A program made the position numbers and the translations under genes. A DNA stretch of 63,703 nt, the filler included, from Octopus bimaculoides (lineage: Eukaryota), in NCBI RefSeq assembly GCF_001194135.2. It is 5 parts of 4 records of this genome, joined end to end, with 100 filler letters (N's around TTAATTAATTAA, not from the genome) between each part and the next. Parts side by side here need not be neighbours in the genome. Positions count along the whole stretch, not along the records: positions 9,784 to 27,899 come from NC_069007.1; 4 more parts are not named here. One strand, given 5' to 3'. Below are positions 10,034-23,442 of the stretch, one piece after another (within the stretch, counting starts at the first letter, position 1; the number at the start of each line of letters is the position of its first letter). Under the pieces are notes generated by a model. It was not told where the DNA came from, ran no database searches, and worked only from the letters and a program-made list of their open reading frames with translations.

Positions 10034-10505
10034 ATGTATGTGCATGTGTATGTCTGTGTGCCCGTATATAATTCGTTCATATGTCTTTTATGATTCTGTG
10101 CATGTCTACGTCATTTTAGATATGTGTATGTGTATACTTAATACCTCAATACATATATGCGTTTGTGTAAAATTCTCCATCTGTAAAGAATGTCAGCAAA
10201 TATCTTTTGGGGTTCCTGAAAAATTGCAGTTGCTCTATTTCGAAATCTGTTTATCTGAGAGAAAATGGTAAAAAAAAAAAAAGAAAAAAAAAAGAAATCT
10301 GCCATTCCACTTCTCCAGAAGCTGATAATTCCTTCCTCCCATCCATTTTTTTCCTAACACACATTTGTGTACACTAGCTGACTTATACCATTTAAACTCG
10401 ATCTATCTTTCTACCTACCTATCCGTCAATCTATCTATACATCTATTTATGTACAGATGTATGTATGTGTGTAGGTATGTATGAATGTATGTATGTATGT
10501 ATATA

Positions 10506-10540
<35 letters not shown>

Positions 10541-10677
10541 ATATATACATATACATATATACGTGCGCATGTATCTATCTATCTATCTATCTATCTATCT
10601 ACCTGTCTATCTTCACGCATACGCAAGTGTACATCTCTGTGTGTATGCGTATGCATGTATCTGATCTTGTATATATG

Positions 10678-10735
<58 letters not shown>

Positions 10736-11350
10736 CACGCATATTTACTCTTACTCTTACATATGCATACACTCATATATATACAAGGTTAGATACACAT
10801 ATACACACATAGAGATGTACACTTGCGCATAGGAGATGGAAAGATAGAAGAACGGAGGGGAGTGAGAGGGAAGAAGAAAGAGAGAAAGAGATAATGTCAT
10901 ACAAAAGATCAGATATGTGCAAATACGTGTGTGTGTTTGTGCACGTGCATATTCGTGTGTGTTTGTGTGTTCGTATGCGTTCTTGTCTAAAGATATACGT
11001 GTGATAAACGGGATTTAATCATCTCAAACCACAGGTTCGCTCGATCGGTCCTTCGGTGTGTTCTTCGGTCGACCGTACACATCATCGGAAGTTATCTCAT
11101 AAATATACTTCCAGCCATCCGTGTATATATATATATATATATATATANNNNNNNNNNNNNNNNNNNNNNNNNNNNNNNNNNNNNNNNNNNNNNNNNNNNN
11201 NNNNNNNNNNNNNNNNNNNNNNNNNNNNNNNNNNNNNNNNNNNNNNNNNNNNNNNNNNNNNNNNNNNNNNNNNNNNNNNNNNNNNNNNNNNNNNNNNNNN
11301 NNNNNNNNNNNNNNNNNNNNNNNNNNNNNNNNNNNNNNNNNNNNNNNNNN

Positions 11351-11501
11351 NATATATGTATATATACATATATATACATATACGTATATATAAGAATATA
11401 TATATATATATACATACATACATACATACATACACGTATATATAAGAATATATATATATATATACATACATACATACATACATACATACACGTATATATA
11501 A

Positions 11502-11536
<35 letters not shown>

Positions 11537-11627
11537 CATACATACATACACGAATATATAAGAATATATATATATATATACATACATACATACACGAATA
11601 TATAAGAATATATATATATATATATAT

Positions 11628-11690
<63 letters not shown>

Positions 11691-11700
11691 CATACATATA
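11351..11700. repeat. Compound TA/TACA minisatellite with a recurring cg(t/a)atatataagaata motif
   Basis: The motif recurs about five times, separated by (TA)n(TACA)n. Confidence 0.8.
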
Positions 11701-12409
11701 AATATGCATTTATATTTTAAATTAATGGGTGGATGCGCGTTAATTCATCCGAACAAACGTTGAATGATTATATAGACTTTCTTTGTTCGTTATCAGATAT
11801 GATATAGGACTGTATAATTGCATACAGCCAAATTATCACGCTAAAAATGGTAAATAATTGCCATTTTCTATTTTCTTTTGTGACAAACAGACAAATGTTC
11901 ATATAAGTTTAATGGCAACCATTTTAAATTGCGATATAACCAACATGTGTGTACTTTTAGCAATATAGATGTTGTCAGTACATTTGGATAGCCACGGCAA
12001 CTTTTATATCAAACGGAAATGTGAACCGATTTTCCAGTTTATGATTACTGAAAATTTAGAAAGTTTGTGCTGCCACTGGCATATCGAGAAGAGAAATTCC
12101 GAACTTAATTTTTTTGCAGGCCCAAACATTCATTGCCACTGACGGATTACGTGGTGCCAATTACTTAAATGTATTATATACATTTAATAGATTACACTCG
12201 CTAGCTCTAACTACTTTATCCCGAATATCGTCATATCTGTCGGTTTTATGCAGAATTTTACATTTATGTTACAGCTACTACTACTACTCCTACCACTGCT
12301 GCTGCTGCTGCTGCTACTACTACTTCTACCACCACTACCACCACCACCACCACCACCATTACTACTATTACTACTACTACTACTACTTATAATAATAACG
12401 ATATAATAA

Positions 12410-12665
12410 TTTCAAATTTTGGCACAAGGCCAAACAACAGCAACAACAACAATCCTTTCTCCTATAGGCACAAGGCCTCAAATTTGGGGGAGGGGGCCAG
12501 TCGATTATATCGACCCCAGTACCCAACTGGTACTTAATTTATCGACTCTGAAAGGATGAATAGCAAAGTCGACATCTGCGGGATTCGAACTGAGAACGTA
12601 GCGATAGGATACATACCGCTAAGCATTTCCTTCACCGTGCAAACGATTCTGCCAGAGCGCAGCCC
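12410..12665 (-). mobile_element. SINE family E (tRNA-like head; central segment resembling the Meta domain as recalled)
   Basis: Reverse complement reads ctggcagaatcgtttgcacg..aaatgcttagcggt..gttctcagttcgaatcccgcagatgtcgactttgctattcatcctttcagagtcgataaattaagtaccag; further copies at 18925, 28790, 35380, 45378, 45670 and 50490. Confidence 0.8.
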
Positions 12666-12774
12666 AAATAATAACAACAACAGCAACTACAATAATAATA
12701 ATAATAACAACAACAGCAACAACAACAATAATAATGACAACAACAACAACAATAATAATAATTATTATTATATT

Positions 12775-12998
12775 ACTCTGTCTTACTCTCTTTTACTTGT
12801 TTCAGTCATTCGACTGCGGCCATGCTGGAGCACCGCCTTTAGTCGAGAAAATCGACCCCAGGACTTATTCTTTGTAAGCCTAGTACTTATTCAATCGGTG
12901 TCTTTTTGCCGAACCGCTAAGTTACGGGAATGTGAACACACCAGCATCGGTTGTCAAGTGATGGTGGGGGGACAAACACAGACATACAAACACACACA
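12775..12998 (-). mobile_element. SINE B 3' half
   Basis: ttttacttgtttcagtcattcgactgcggccatgctggagcaccgcc..gacaaacacagacatac. Confidence 0.9.
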
Positions 12999-13313
12999 NN
13001 NNNNNNNNNNNNNNNNNNNNNNNNNNNNNNNNNNNNNNNNNNNNNNNNNNNNNNNNNNNNNNNNNNNNNNNNNNNNNNNNNNNNNNNNNNNNNNNNNNNN
13101 NNNNNNNNNNNNNNNNNNNNNNNNNNNNNNNNNNNNNNNNNNNNNNNNNNNNNNNNNNNNNNNNNNNNNNNNNNNNNNNNNNNNNNNNNNNNNNNNNNNN
13201 NNNNNNNNNNNNNNNNNNNNNNNNNNNNNNNNNNNNNNNNNNNNNNNNNNNNNNNNNNNNNNNNNNNNNNNNNNNNNNNNNNNNNNNNNNNNNNNNNNNN
13301 NNNNNNNNNNNNN

Positions 13314-13475
13314 AGAAGAAGAAGGAGGAGGAGGAGGAGGAGGAGGGGGAGGAGGAGGAGGAGAAGAAGAAGAAGAAGTAGAAGAAGGAAGAGGAGAAGA
13401 AGAAGAAGAAGAAGAAGAAGAATGTGGAGGAGGCGGAGGAGAAAAAGAAGCATGGTGATGATGATGATGATGAGG
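13314..13475. repeat. (GAA/GGA)n purine microsatellite
   Basis: Direct inspection; it explains the spurious poly-E/G/R ORFs. Confidence 0.9.
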
Positions 13476-13601
13476 ATTTCCTTTCTTTGCCACAGGGGCA
13501 TGTATGTCGACGACATCACAAGAACATTCTATAACTTGTGTGGGGGTTCCCATAAATGAAATAGAAATAAGATAGAAAAGAAAAGCCTGTGAAATGAGAT
13601 A

Positions 13602-13639
<38 letters not shown>

Positions 13640-13772
13640 ACATACATACATATATATACAGACGTATATACATATATATACATACGCGTTTATATATATA
13701 TACATATGTACATGTATAAATGCATACCAATGCACATACGTATATATTTATATATCTGTGTATATATTTGCA

Positions 13773-13846
<74 letters not shown>

Positions 13847-14382
13847 CTGACAGACAGAGACAGAGACAGACAGACAGAGACAGAGACACAGAGAGAGAGA
13901 TACAGAGAGAGAGAATGTGTGTATGTGTGTGTGTGGAAGTGAGAGAGAGATACGCACACACACATGCATGCATACATACTTACACACACACACACACGTA
14001 TATAATACTAGACAGATAGCTAGATATATAGTAAAATCTAGAAAGCTCCCAAAAGCTCACGCCTCATTCAACGTGCTTCCATTTTCGATTTAGTTTAATA
14101 ATATAATCCCCCACACTGAAATAATTCTATGACACAGCTCACATAAAAGAAGAAAACGTTATTATGTTATGTCATCAATTCATTGTATTATCTAAACTTT
14201 ACAGTGACCTCTACTGGACGTTTTTAGAACTAATTTCTACTACGGTCAGCTTATACAAATCGGGTTAATTGACTTGAATATGTGACTAGCAAGATCGCAT
14301 CTCATTAGATCCGTTATGATATTACGAAAGATGAAAATGATAAATCAGAGATGTTTTTTTCTCTCTTCTTTTTATTATGCAT

Positions 14383-14565
14383 AATAGGCGCAGGCGTGAC
14401 TTGTGTAGTTAAGAAGATCGGTCTGCAACCACGTGGTCTCGGGCTCAATTCTTTAGCGTGGAATTTGGAACATGTGTCTTCTACTACAGTCCTGGACCGT
14501 CTAATGCATTGTGAGTAACTTTGGTAGACAGAAGCTCTATGAATACCTGACTTACATATATATAT
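14383..14565 (+). mobile_element. Divergent SINE B 5' half
   Basis: ggcgcaggcgtgacttgtgtagttaagaag..caaccacgtggtctcggg..tgtgtcttctactacag..ttgtgagtaactttggtagacagaag. Confidence 0.65.
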
Positions 14566-14568
14566 ATG

Positions 14569-14601
<33 letters not shown>

Positions 14602-14647
14602 TCCCACACACACACACACACTCCCACTTCCACACGCTCACACTCAC

Positions 14648-14687
<40 letters not shown>

Positions 14688-14696
14688 GTTTGGATG

Positions 14697-14752
14697 TATA
14701 TAGGGACCTTGATGACTGCCATGAGGCAGGTAAGTATACTAGTCCTTATATA
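14697..14752 (+). ncRNA. Divergent family 1 hammerhead motif (repeat unit about 14690-14955)
   Basis: UAUAUAGGGAC-CUUGAUGA-CUGCC(AUGA)GGCAG-GUA-AGUAUACU-A-GUCCUUAUAUA; 11-bp stem I, 8-nt core, A13U change in GAAA. Confidence 0.7.
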
Positions 14753-15580
14753 TTCAATAGTCCTTATATACTAGTCCTTATATACTCAATATTTCATATA
14801 TTCAACAAGACATTCAATACTTCATTTCATTTTACTATTTATATTATATATTATATATTCTATATCCCACATTAATTTTATAAGAATATAAATAAAACAT
14901 AAAAAACAGACAGAGTTGGAACTCTTTTAAATAAATTATATATATATATATATATNNNNNNNNNNNNNNNNNNNNNNNNNNNNNNNNNNNNNNNNNNNNN
15001 NNNNNNNNNNNNNNNNNNNNNNNNNNNNNNNNNNNNNNNNNNNNNNNNNNNNNNNNNNNNNNNNNNNNNNNNNNNNNNNNNNNNNNNNNNNNNNNNNNNN
15101 NNNNNNNNNNNNNNNNNNNNNNNNNNNNNNNNNNNNNNNNNNNNNNNNNNNNNNNNNNNNNNNNNNNNNNNNNNNNNNNNNNNNNNNNNNNNNNNNNNNN
15201 NNNNNNNNNNNNNNNNNNNNNNNNNNNNNNNNNNNNNNNNNNNNNNNNNNNNNNNNNNNNNNNNNNNNNNNNNNNNNNNNNNNNNNNNNNNNNNNNNNNN
15301 NNNNNNNNNNNNNNNNNNNNNNNNNNNNNNNNNNNNNNNNNNNNNNNNNNNNNNNNNNNNNNNNNNNNNNNNNNNNNNNNNNNNNNNNNNNNNNNNNNNN
15401 NNNNNNNNNNNNNNNNNNNNNNNNNNNNNNNNNNNNNNNNNNNNNNNNNNNNNNNNNNNNNNNNNNNNNNNNNNNNNNNNNNNNNNNNNNNNNNNNNNNN
15501 NNNNNNNNNNNNNNNNNNNNNNNNNNNNNNNNNNNNNNNNNNNNNNNNNNNNNNNNNNNNNNNNNNNNNNNNNNNNNNNN

Positions 15581-15622
<42 letters not shown>

Positions 15623-15623
<1 letters not shown>

Positions 15624-15736
15624 GGGAGAATTTACGAAAAAAACAACAGACGAGGACAGGTGGTGTAAACAACAAAAGGATGTATTAGTTTAACGCTCGG
15701 GAATACAGAAAGTCTTTAACGTTTTGAGCTACGCTC
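15623..15736 (-). mobile_element. Repeat family 2 fragment ending in a truncated hammerhead-like motif
   Basis: Homologous to 32788-32925; the minus strand retains GAGC(GTA)GCTC-AAAA-CG-TT-AAAG, and the core is replaced by (GA)n. Confidence 0.6.
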
Positions 15737-16084
15737 TCTCTCTCTATATATATATATACCGATTGGTCGGTATACACTTAGTTGGGGCGCTCACAAGACC
15801 CTGACATCTAAGCTTCATACTGATTGATTAAATCAGAGTTCATTAGATCCAGCCTGCTGTAGGTTATCGGAGGATATTTAAAGCATAAATCCAAACATTT
15901 CACTACAGTTTCGATTGTGGAACACGACTGTCGCTGCCTAAATATGATGATTGCGTAATTCATGAAAGTACTAGTCCATTTCAATATTGTAAAATTGTAA
16001 AATTGTAAAAATTGCAAATAATAAAACGTCAAAATCGTTGGAATTTCATTGGTTAATGTTCTTTTATACACGATCATACAAACT

Positions 16085-16129
<45 letters not shown>

Positions 16130-16489
16130 CGTGAGAGAGTTAGAGGTTGGGGGTTCAACCCACTAAGAGATAGTATCTATCCAGTATACTGCTGGGAGGG
16201 TACCCAATTATTGCTACACTAGTGCTATACTAGGTGCAATCAATGGGAGAGGGTAAACGTGGAGGTTTTACCCAAAATTTATGTAACAATTAGAAAATGG
16301 AGGATAATATGCTGAACCCAACTACTTGCAGACGGTGCATCCATATATATATATATATATATATTCTTTTATTCTTTTATTCTTTCGCACGTTTCGACCC
16401 CAAGGTTGTGGCCATGCTATGGCACCGACATGGTTACCACCTTTTCAATGGCCAATCTTATGTGATTGACTTTTGCTGTCCTCTTTTGA

Positions 16490-16745
16490 GTCTCTTGCTT
16501 TGATATTGGTTTATCTGCGATCATTTGTTTGTGTGTATATATTTGCGTGTGTGTGCATATGTCTGTGTGTCTTTGTGTTGGTTTGTTAACGCTTCCGTAA
16601 CTTAGCGGCTCAGCAAAAGCGAGTGGTAAAATAGGTCTCAGACTTTGAGATATACAAGTACTAGAGTCGATTTGTTCAACTGAGACATTCTGAGGTGGTA
16701 CCACAGCATGGGTGCAGTCCAATGGCGAACACAATTCTAAAAAAA
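16490..16745 (+). mobile_element. Degenerate SINE B 3' half
   Basis: Microsatellite followed by ccgtaacttagcggctcagcaaaag..gagtcgatttgttcaactga..ggtggtaccacagcatgg. Confidence 0.65.
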
Positions 16746-17217
16746 AAAAAAAAAAGGTGTAGCGGAATGACATATCCAATGTGTCATCTTTCCTCAAATA
16801 CAGCAGTTGCGGTTTGGAGGTGATTTGGTGGTTTTTTCTAGCTGGGCGAAGGACCACATATAAGCTTCCTCGTCCTCTCCACTTTAGAAAGGGTTTCTTT
16901 CGTATTGACACTTATAGCCCTAGGACAGTTCTCACTGAGTAGAGCCGCAATTAATGAGATTGTAGCCATCGTACCATCTAGTGAGGACCGGATTAAGAAC
17001 CATAGAGATCCTAAATACTTACAGATTTTGGTGCCCCCTTATACATATAATTCGAAATATAAACAGTAATAAATCAGAAAATAAATTTTCTTTTTCCAAA
17101 CTGAAACAAACATAACAGTGTTTGTTTATTTACGTTTGTTGTAATTTGAATTTAGCATATGAGAACGTCTCATAAAGCGAGATTTATATATCTTAAATTT
17201 GCAGAGGAATTTGTAGT

Positions 17218-17293
17218 GGATAGTTTAGCTCAATCGGTCAAAGCATCGTGACGCGTAATCATCGGGATTTGAGTTCGTGTCCACAGCTAGCCA
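17218..17293 (+). pseudogene. tRNA-like sequence (anticodon loop CG-CGT-AA, Thr-like), head of repeat family H
   Basis: A-box tagctcaatcgg, B-box gagttcgtgtcc, imperfect acceptor and anticodon stems. The downstream body (cttttct..caaaata.ggatagtttatcctgttc..gctatatt..actttcaaagaa) is shared with 24690-24870. Confidence 0.5.
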
Positions 17294-17663
17294 CCTACAC
17301 TTTTCTCTGCAAAATAAGGATAGTTTATCCTGTTCAGGCTATATTATTAGCATTATTCTGCGATTGAGAATTTAAAATCACTTCTTTAACTTTCAAAGAA
17401 TAATGTTTATTTTTGTATACTTCCACTTTATTTATATTTGAAAAGTTTTCACCAATTTTTTAAACTGCAAAATCTTTGACCAGACCCTCAAAATTAATGC
17501 TACGTAACACATCTACTTCTATACTTAGGAGGGATTAGGCATTGGTCATGCGATAGTGTTATTACCAGAGTTATATTAAGACTCGTAAGCATTTAAAAGA
17601 TTTTAGTACTCTCATATATATGCAATTCGTAATACAAGCAATAATGAACCAGGAATAATGAAT

Positions 17664-18180
17664 CAGGATCGCGGTTTCGATTCCCAGACCAGGCGTTGTG
17701 AGTTGTTTATTGAGCGAAAACACCTAAAGCTCCACGAGGCTCCGGTGGCGAACCCTGCTGTACTCTTCTACCACAACTTTCTCTCGCTCTTACTTCCTGT
17801 TTCTGTTGTGCCTGTAATTCAAAGGGCCAGCCTTGTCACACTGTGTCATGCTGAATATCCCCGAGAACTACGTTAAGGGTACACGTGTCTGTGGAGTGCT
17901 CAGCCACTTGCACGTTAATTTCAAGAGCAGGCTGTTCCGTTGATCGGATGGACTGGAACCCTCGACGTCGTAAGCGAAGGAGTGCCAACAACAACAACAA
18001 CTGCTTGACAAGCAGTGTTGGTTCGTTTACGTCCCCGTAATTTAGCGGTTCGCAAAAGACATTGATGGAAAAAATGCCTGGTTTAACAAAAGGTACTGAG
18101 ATCGCTTCGTTGGACTAAAAATTCTTCAGGGCTTTGCCCCAGCATTGCCGCAGTGTAGTTACCAAAACATTAAAAAGACA
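17664..18180 (+). mobile_element. 5'-truncated SINE A (17664-18000) followed by a degenerate SINE B tail
   Basis: Matches 20524-20896 from aggatcgcgg to ggagtgccaacaacaacaacaa, then gtttacgtccccgtaatttagcggttcg. Confidence 0.85.
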
Positions 18181-18714
18181 AAAGACATAATCACAACAAC
18201 TGCATCCAACACCAATAAAAAAGTGATGATACTATTAAAATAATTCCTCTAATAATTCTGTAATATCAATGGGAACATTTCGAAGATAATATTGTAATGC
18301 GTTCATTATTATTACTCTAAACATCACTATCGTTTGGAGTTCGGAACCGTGAAACCTGTCAAATATTTCAACTTCAGCTAAATATCAAACACAAACACAG
18401 TCTCAGAGACAAATGCATGAATGAGTATACACACACACACACACACACANNNNNNNNNNNNNNNNNNNNNNNNNNNNNNNNNNNNNNNNNNNNNNNNNNN
18501 NNNNNNNNNNNNNNNNNNNNNNNNNNNNNNNNNNNNNNNNNNNNNNNNNATACACATATGTATATGTGTATGTATATATACTTTCAGGTGTTGTGTTGCA
18601 AATATTTTTCGGTGTGGTTGAATAGTATGAAACTGGACGAAGACGATGTTCTTGGTGCGCGAATGAGGGGAATGAAAGAAAACAACGCCAGCACTGTTAC
18701 CATTAATGGCACTA

Positions 18715-18925
18715 CTACCGGCACTACCACCACCACCACCACCACCACCACCAGTGCCACTACCACTACTATCACTATCACCATCACCAATACTACCTAA
18801 ACTAACACCACTACCACCACCACTGTCATTATCACAACCACCACCACCATCACGTCTTCTAACACCACCACCATGACCACTACCGCCACCACAACCACCA
18901 CCACTACCACCACTGTCATCACAAT
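18715..18925. repeat. (ACC/ACT)n microsatellite
   Basis: Direct inspection. Confidence 0.85.
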
Positions 18926-19594
18926 TATCCTGACTTCTGAATTTGAACTCACAACGTAGCGACGAGCGAAATACCGCAAAGCATTTCGTCCACTGTGCTT
19001 ACGACATATTGCCACATTCGTGGATTTTGTAGAATAGCTAAGAACGTGTGTGCACTGATTAAGAATAGCATGCCTAGCTGGAAAACGCGTCTTTCCAGTA
19101 ACAACCCGCATTTAGCCGAAGTAACAATCAAAAGAGGTATCTTCGAAAGAGCCCCTTGCTCACTTAATATTCCCTCTTTTTCCACAGCTTCATTCTTTCA
19201 AAGCCTTCTCATAAACTTCCCGTGCTTCATTTTCTCTCTTTCAAATCTCGAACAACACTGTGCAATCTCTTCCTCCATTCATCACGGTCTTGTGTCCTCC
19301 TCTCCTGATCAATGTTGGTAACGGTTAGTAGTTGAATAATATTCTTAAGGCGGCATTTTACTCACACGCAGCACTTTTAGAACTTGTCACTAATTCAGTT
19401 CTTAACCAAATTGAAAACTTTTAGCATTTTGAAAGAGGACTGGTCCCTAGCTACATTTTGGCATAATAGCATTGAGATTTGATCTGGTAGAATAAGTTTC
19501 ACATCAAAATTTGTAGCAAGGTTATAGGAGAGTAAGTAACGCCATCGATCAAGTTTAGATCTAAATAACTTTTTATTATTTTAGAAACAAAATA

Positions 19595-19815
19595 TATTGG
19601 GTTGTCCGGAAAGTTCGTACCGATTGATAGTAGCTTACCTTTCGACTTATTTGCCATGAAATCGCCTCAATTCTGGGAAGAGGGTATTTTCAAGTTAAAG
19701 GAAAGATGGAGACGTATTGTGCAACAAAATCGCTCATTAAAAATATAATGGCAAGTATTTATTGACCTTTTCCTTTCCTTTAAAAATCGACACGAACTTT
19801 CCGGACAACCCAATA
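19595..19815 (+). mobile_element. Mariner-derived MITE with TA TSD
   Basis: TIRs ttgggttgtccggaaagttcgt / acgaactttccggacaacccaa flanked by TA; the interior encodes FWEEGIFKLKERWRRIVQQN, a mariner C-terminal motif. Confidence 0.9.
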
Positions 19816-20130
19816 TTTATCTTAGCTTCAATGATAGAAGAAAACATGAAGAATTTTATAGTTTTGCTTCAATGCAACAAAAATTTATATAAAAAAATTT
19901 GTGGGGTAAAGTATGAAAAAAAGAAATATAAGGCAAAAAATTGGATTTAAGTATAATTAGCTATTTTTATTTTCAAGACAAATTATATTTTAATTAAGCT
20001 TAAATGATAGAGCTCAATTCGAGGAATTTCATGGTATCAATCTCATGCAATGAATTTTTAAAAGAAAAATATTGAGTGTTTGTTTCTCAAATTGGAGGGT
20101 GATAATATAATTCTATACTTCTTTTATGGT

Positions 20131-20387
20131 GGAAACGCGTGGCCTAGTGGTTAAGGTGTCAGTCCCATGATCGTAAGATTGTGGTTTCGATTCCTGGACC
20201 GGGCAATACGTTGTGTTCTTGAGCAAAACACTTCATTTCACGTTGCTCCAGTCCACTCAGCTAGCAAAAATGAGTAACGCTGCGATGGACTGGCGTCCAG
20301 TCCAGCTGGGGAACACATACGCCATTGAACCGGGAAACCGGGCTCATAAGCCTGGCTAGGCTTTAAAACGGCGCATTTATTTACTTA
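20131..20387 (+). mobile_element. SINE family F (tRNA head, CORE-like body, distinct tail)
   Basis: gcgtggcctagtggttaagg..ggtttcgattcc..gttgtgttcttgagcaaaacacttcatttcacgttgctccagtccactcagct..ctgcgatggactggcgtccagtccag; near-TSD tatactt(c)ttttatg on both sides. Confidence 0.8.
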
Positions 20388-20523
20388 TATACTTTTTTAT
20401 GAATATAGTTCTATAAGGGGACTTTTAATAACTGTCACCGGCGATAATGAGATCAGGAAAATTATCAACTACACCGCTAATTGCCACATTTGACACATTA
20501 TTAATTAGCTTAATAGCACAGCC

Positions 20524-20896
20524 GTGGAGACGCAATGGCCCAGTGGTTAGGGCAGCGGACTCGCGGTCATAGGATCGCGGTTTCGATTCCCAGACTGGGC
20601 GTTGTGAGTGTTTATTGAGCGAAAACACCCGAGGCTCCGCCAGGGGATGGTGGCGAACCCTGCTGTACTCTTTCTCCACAACTTTCTCTTACTTCCTGTT
20701 TCTGTTGTACCTGTAATTCAAAGGGTCAGCCTTGTCACACTCTGTATCACGCTGAATATCCCCGAGAACTACGTTAAGGGTACACGTGTCTGTGGAGTGC
20801 TCAGCCACTTGCACGTTAATTTCACGAGCAGGCTGTTCCGTTGATCGGATCAACTGGAACCCTCGACGACCTAAGCGACGGAGTGCCAACAACAAC
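20524..20896 (+). mobile_element. Full-length SINE A with 12-bp TSD
   Basis: TSD aatagcacagcc at 20512-20523 and 20897-20908; A and B boxes; (CAA)n tail. Confidence 0.92.
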
Positions 20897-21009
20897 AATA
20901 GCACAGCCAGGAAAAAAACATGGATTACATGGGAAAATGCGAAAAAAAGAAATAATATTCCTAAGATTATAAACTTGGAAAAGTTCAGAACAAGAATATT
21001 TTTACGATT

Positions 21010-21752
21010 ATTCTTTTATTTGTTGCAGTCATTTGACAGCGGCGATGCTGGAGCACCGCCTTTTAGTCGAAGAAATCGACCCCTCGACTTATTCTTTGTA
21101 AGCCTGGTACTTATTCTATCGGGCCCTTATCCTGAACTGCTAGATTATGTAGACGTAAACACACCAACATCGGTTGGCAAGCGATGAGTGGGGGGGGGAC
21201 CAACACAGACACACACACACGCACAAATATATAAAAAATATATATACGACGGGCTTCTTTCAGTTTACGTCTTCCAAATCTACTCACAAAGCTGTGGTCG
21301 GCCAGACACTCGCCTAAGGTGCCACACAGTAGAACCGAACCCGGAACCATGTGGTTGGAAAGCAAGATTCTTACCACACAGCCACTCCTTTGTATATATT
21401 ATCTTTTACTTGTTTCAGTCATCAGACTGCAGCCATGCTGGAGCACCGCCTTCAAGAGTTTTTAGGTGAATAAAACGACAGTACATTTTTATGCCTGGTA
21501 CTTATTCTATCCGTCTCTTTTGCCGAACAGCTAATTTACGTGGATGTAAACAAAGTAACACCGGTTGTCAAGCAGTGTTGGTAGATAAACACAGACGCAA
21601 AGATTTCCCCCATATATATTCCATCTGCTAAATCCACGCACAAGGCTTTGGTTGGCCCAAGGATATAGTAGAAGACACTTGCCTAAGATGCTACGCAGTG
21701 GGAGTGAACTCAGAACCATGTGGTTGGGTAACAAGCTTCTTATCACACAGTC
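21010..21752 (-). mobile_element. Two head-to-tail SINE B copies (about 21010-21387 and 21400-21752)
   Basis: Each runs from the tail (cagtc..gctggagcaccgcc) to the head (aaccatgtggttgg..cttcttaccacacagcc). Confidence 0.85.
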
Positions 21753-22457
21753 ACATTCATATTTATAGATATACGTGTGTGGCGGGTGTATGTGTGTGTG
21801 TGCTCGTGTGAGTATGTACCACCGCGCTACGAGACACCTCTACAAAGAATTTGTGCCATTGTTTAATGGTAAATACAGATATCAATAATGTACTTGTTAT
21901 AGATTGGTCTTCTCTCTCTGGAAAAACAAAACAAACAGATTCACCTACTTGAGAAATAGGGTGGCGAGGGAGAAGGGGTGATAGAGTGAGTACAACCACA
22001 ACAACGACAAAACCAATAATACGATAAATACAATAGTACAGAAATATTTATGCTGCGGTCATTGACACAGCACTTCTCGTATCAAGTTAGAAACGGCAGC
22101 AAAAACAACCCCCCCCCCCAGCTATAGTAATAATTATATCGACAACAACAACAACAATAATTAATCTAATAATGATGTTGATGATGATGACGATGATGAG
22201 GGCAATGATGACGATGATGATGATAATGTTAAAGAAGTAAATATTTACTCAATTAATTTTCGCGTTTTATGTATTTTTTTTATGTTATGTATCTATCTAA
22301 CTATCTATCCGTCTGTCTGTCTGTCTGTCTGTCCATGTATCTATCTAACTGTCTATCTGTCTGTCTATCTATATATATATATAAATAAAAAAGCACACAC
22401 AAATATACATATATACACGCATACAGTTATCTATATACATACGCACACACACATATA

Positions 22458-22490
<33 letters not shown>

Positions 22491-22736
22491 TATACACACA
22501 CGTACCTACATATATGCATATATACATATATATATATATGCATATATACCCACATATATGTATACATATACATATGTATATGTATATATACACATATATA
22601 TATATATATATATACACATATATATGTATATATATATATATATATGTATGAGAGGGAGAAAAACAGGAATCGATAGATAAACAGACAGATAAACAAGTAG
22701 ATAGATAGATAGATAAATAGATAGATAAATAGATAG

Positions 22737-22775
<39 letters not shown>

Positions 22776-22899
22776 TAGATAGATAGATAGATAGATAAAT
22801 AGGTAGAATGATTGAAATTTGAGTGTATGTTGTGTAACATTTTCACTATTCTTTTCGCATTCTACATCTTTGTTCTAGCATTGTCTTATTTTCGGTTGT

Positions 22900-22956
<57 letters not shown>

Positions 22957-23442
22957 ACTCTCTCACTTTCTCTCTCTCTCTCTCTTTCTCTCTTTTTTCT
23001 ACTTCCACACCTTTTTTCCTCTCAGTTTTTTTTTATGTTGGTACTGATGTTTTTGTTTAATCGTATGTGTCGATGCTGGTATTGAAGATTACGGCGATGA
23101 TGATGACAATGATGATGATGATGACGCTGTTCATCATCATCGTCATCATATATCAATATCATCAATATTATTGTGTTTATGTCCTCATACTTTCTTTAAG
23201 AAGCTATGAATTTAGGTGCATATAAACATACACACACACACACATACACACACACATACACACACACATACACACACACACACATATACACGCACACACA
23301 CACATACGCACACGCGCATCCAAACACACACATATATACACACATAGATACAAGCGTATCTAAAGAAAGAGACCACGATATTATGTAAATAGAGGAATTT
23401 ATCTGTAAAAATACGTGACACTTATTCGGATTCGGTAGCCAT

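Noticed and set aside
11041-11095. Minus-strand CCGAUGA-UGUGU..ACACA-CC-GAAG hammerhead-like string
   Set aside because: GAAG instead of GAAA, extra bases, and no stem I or stem III pairing found.
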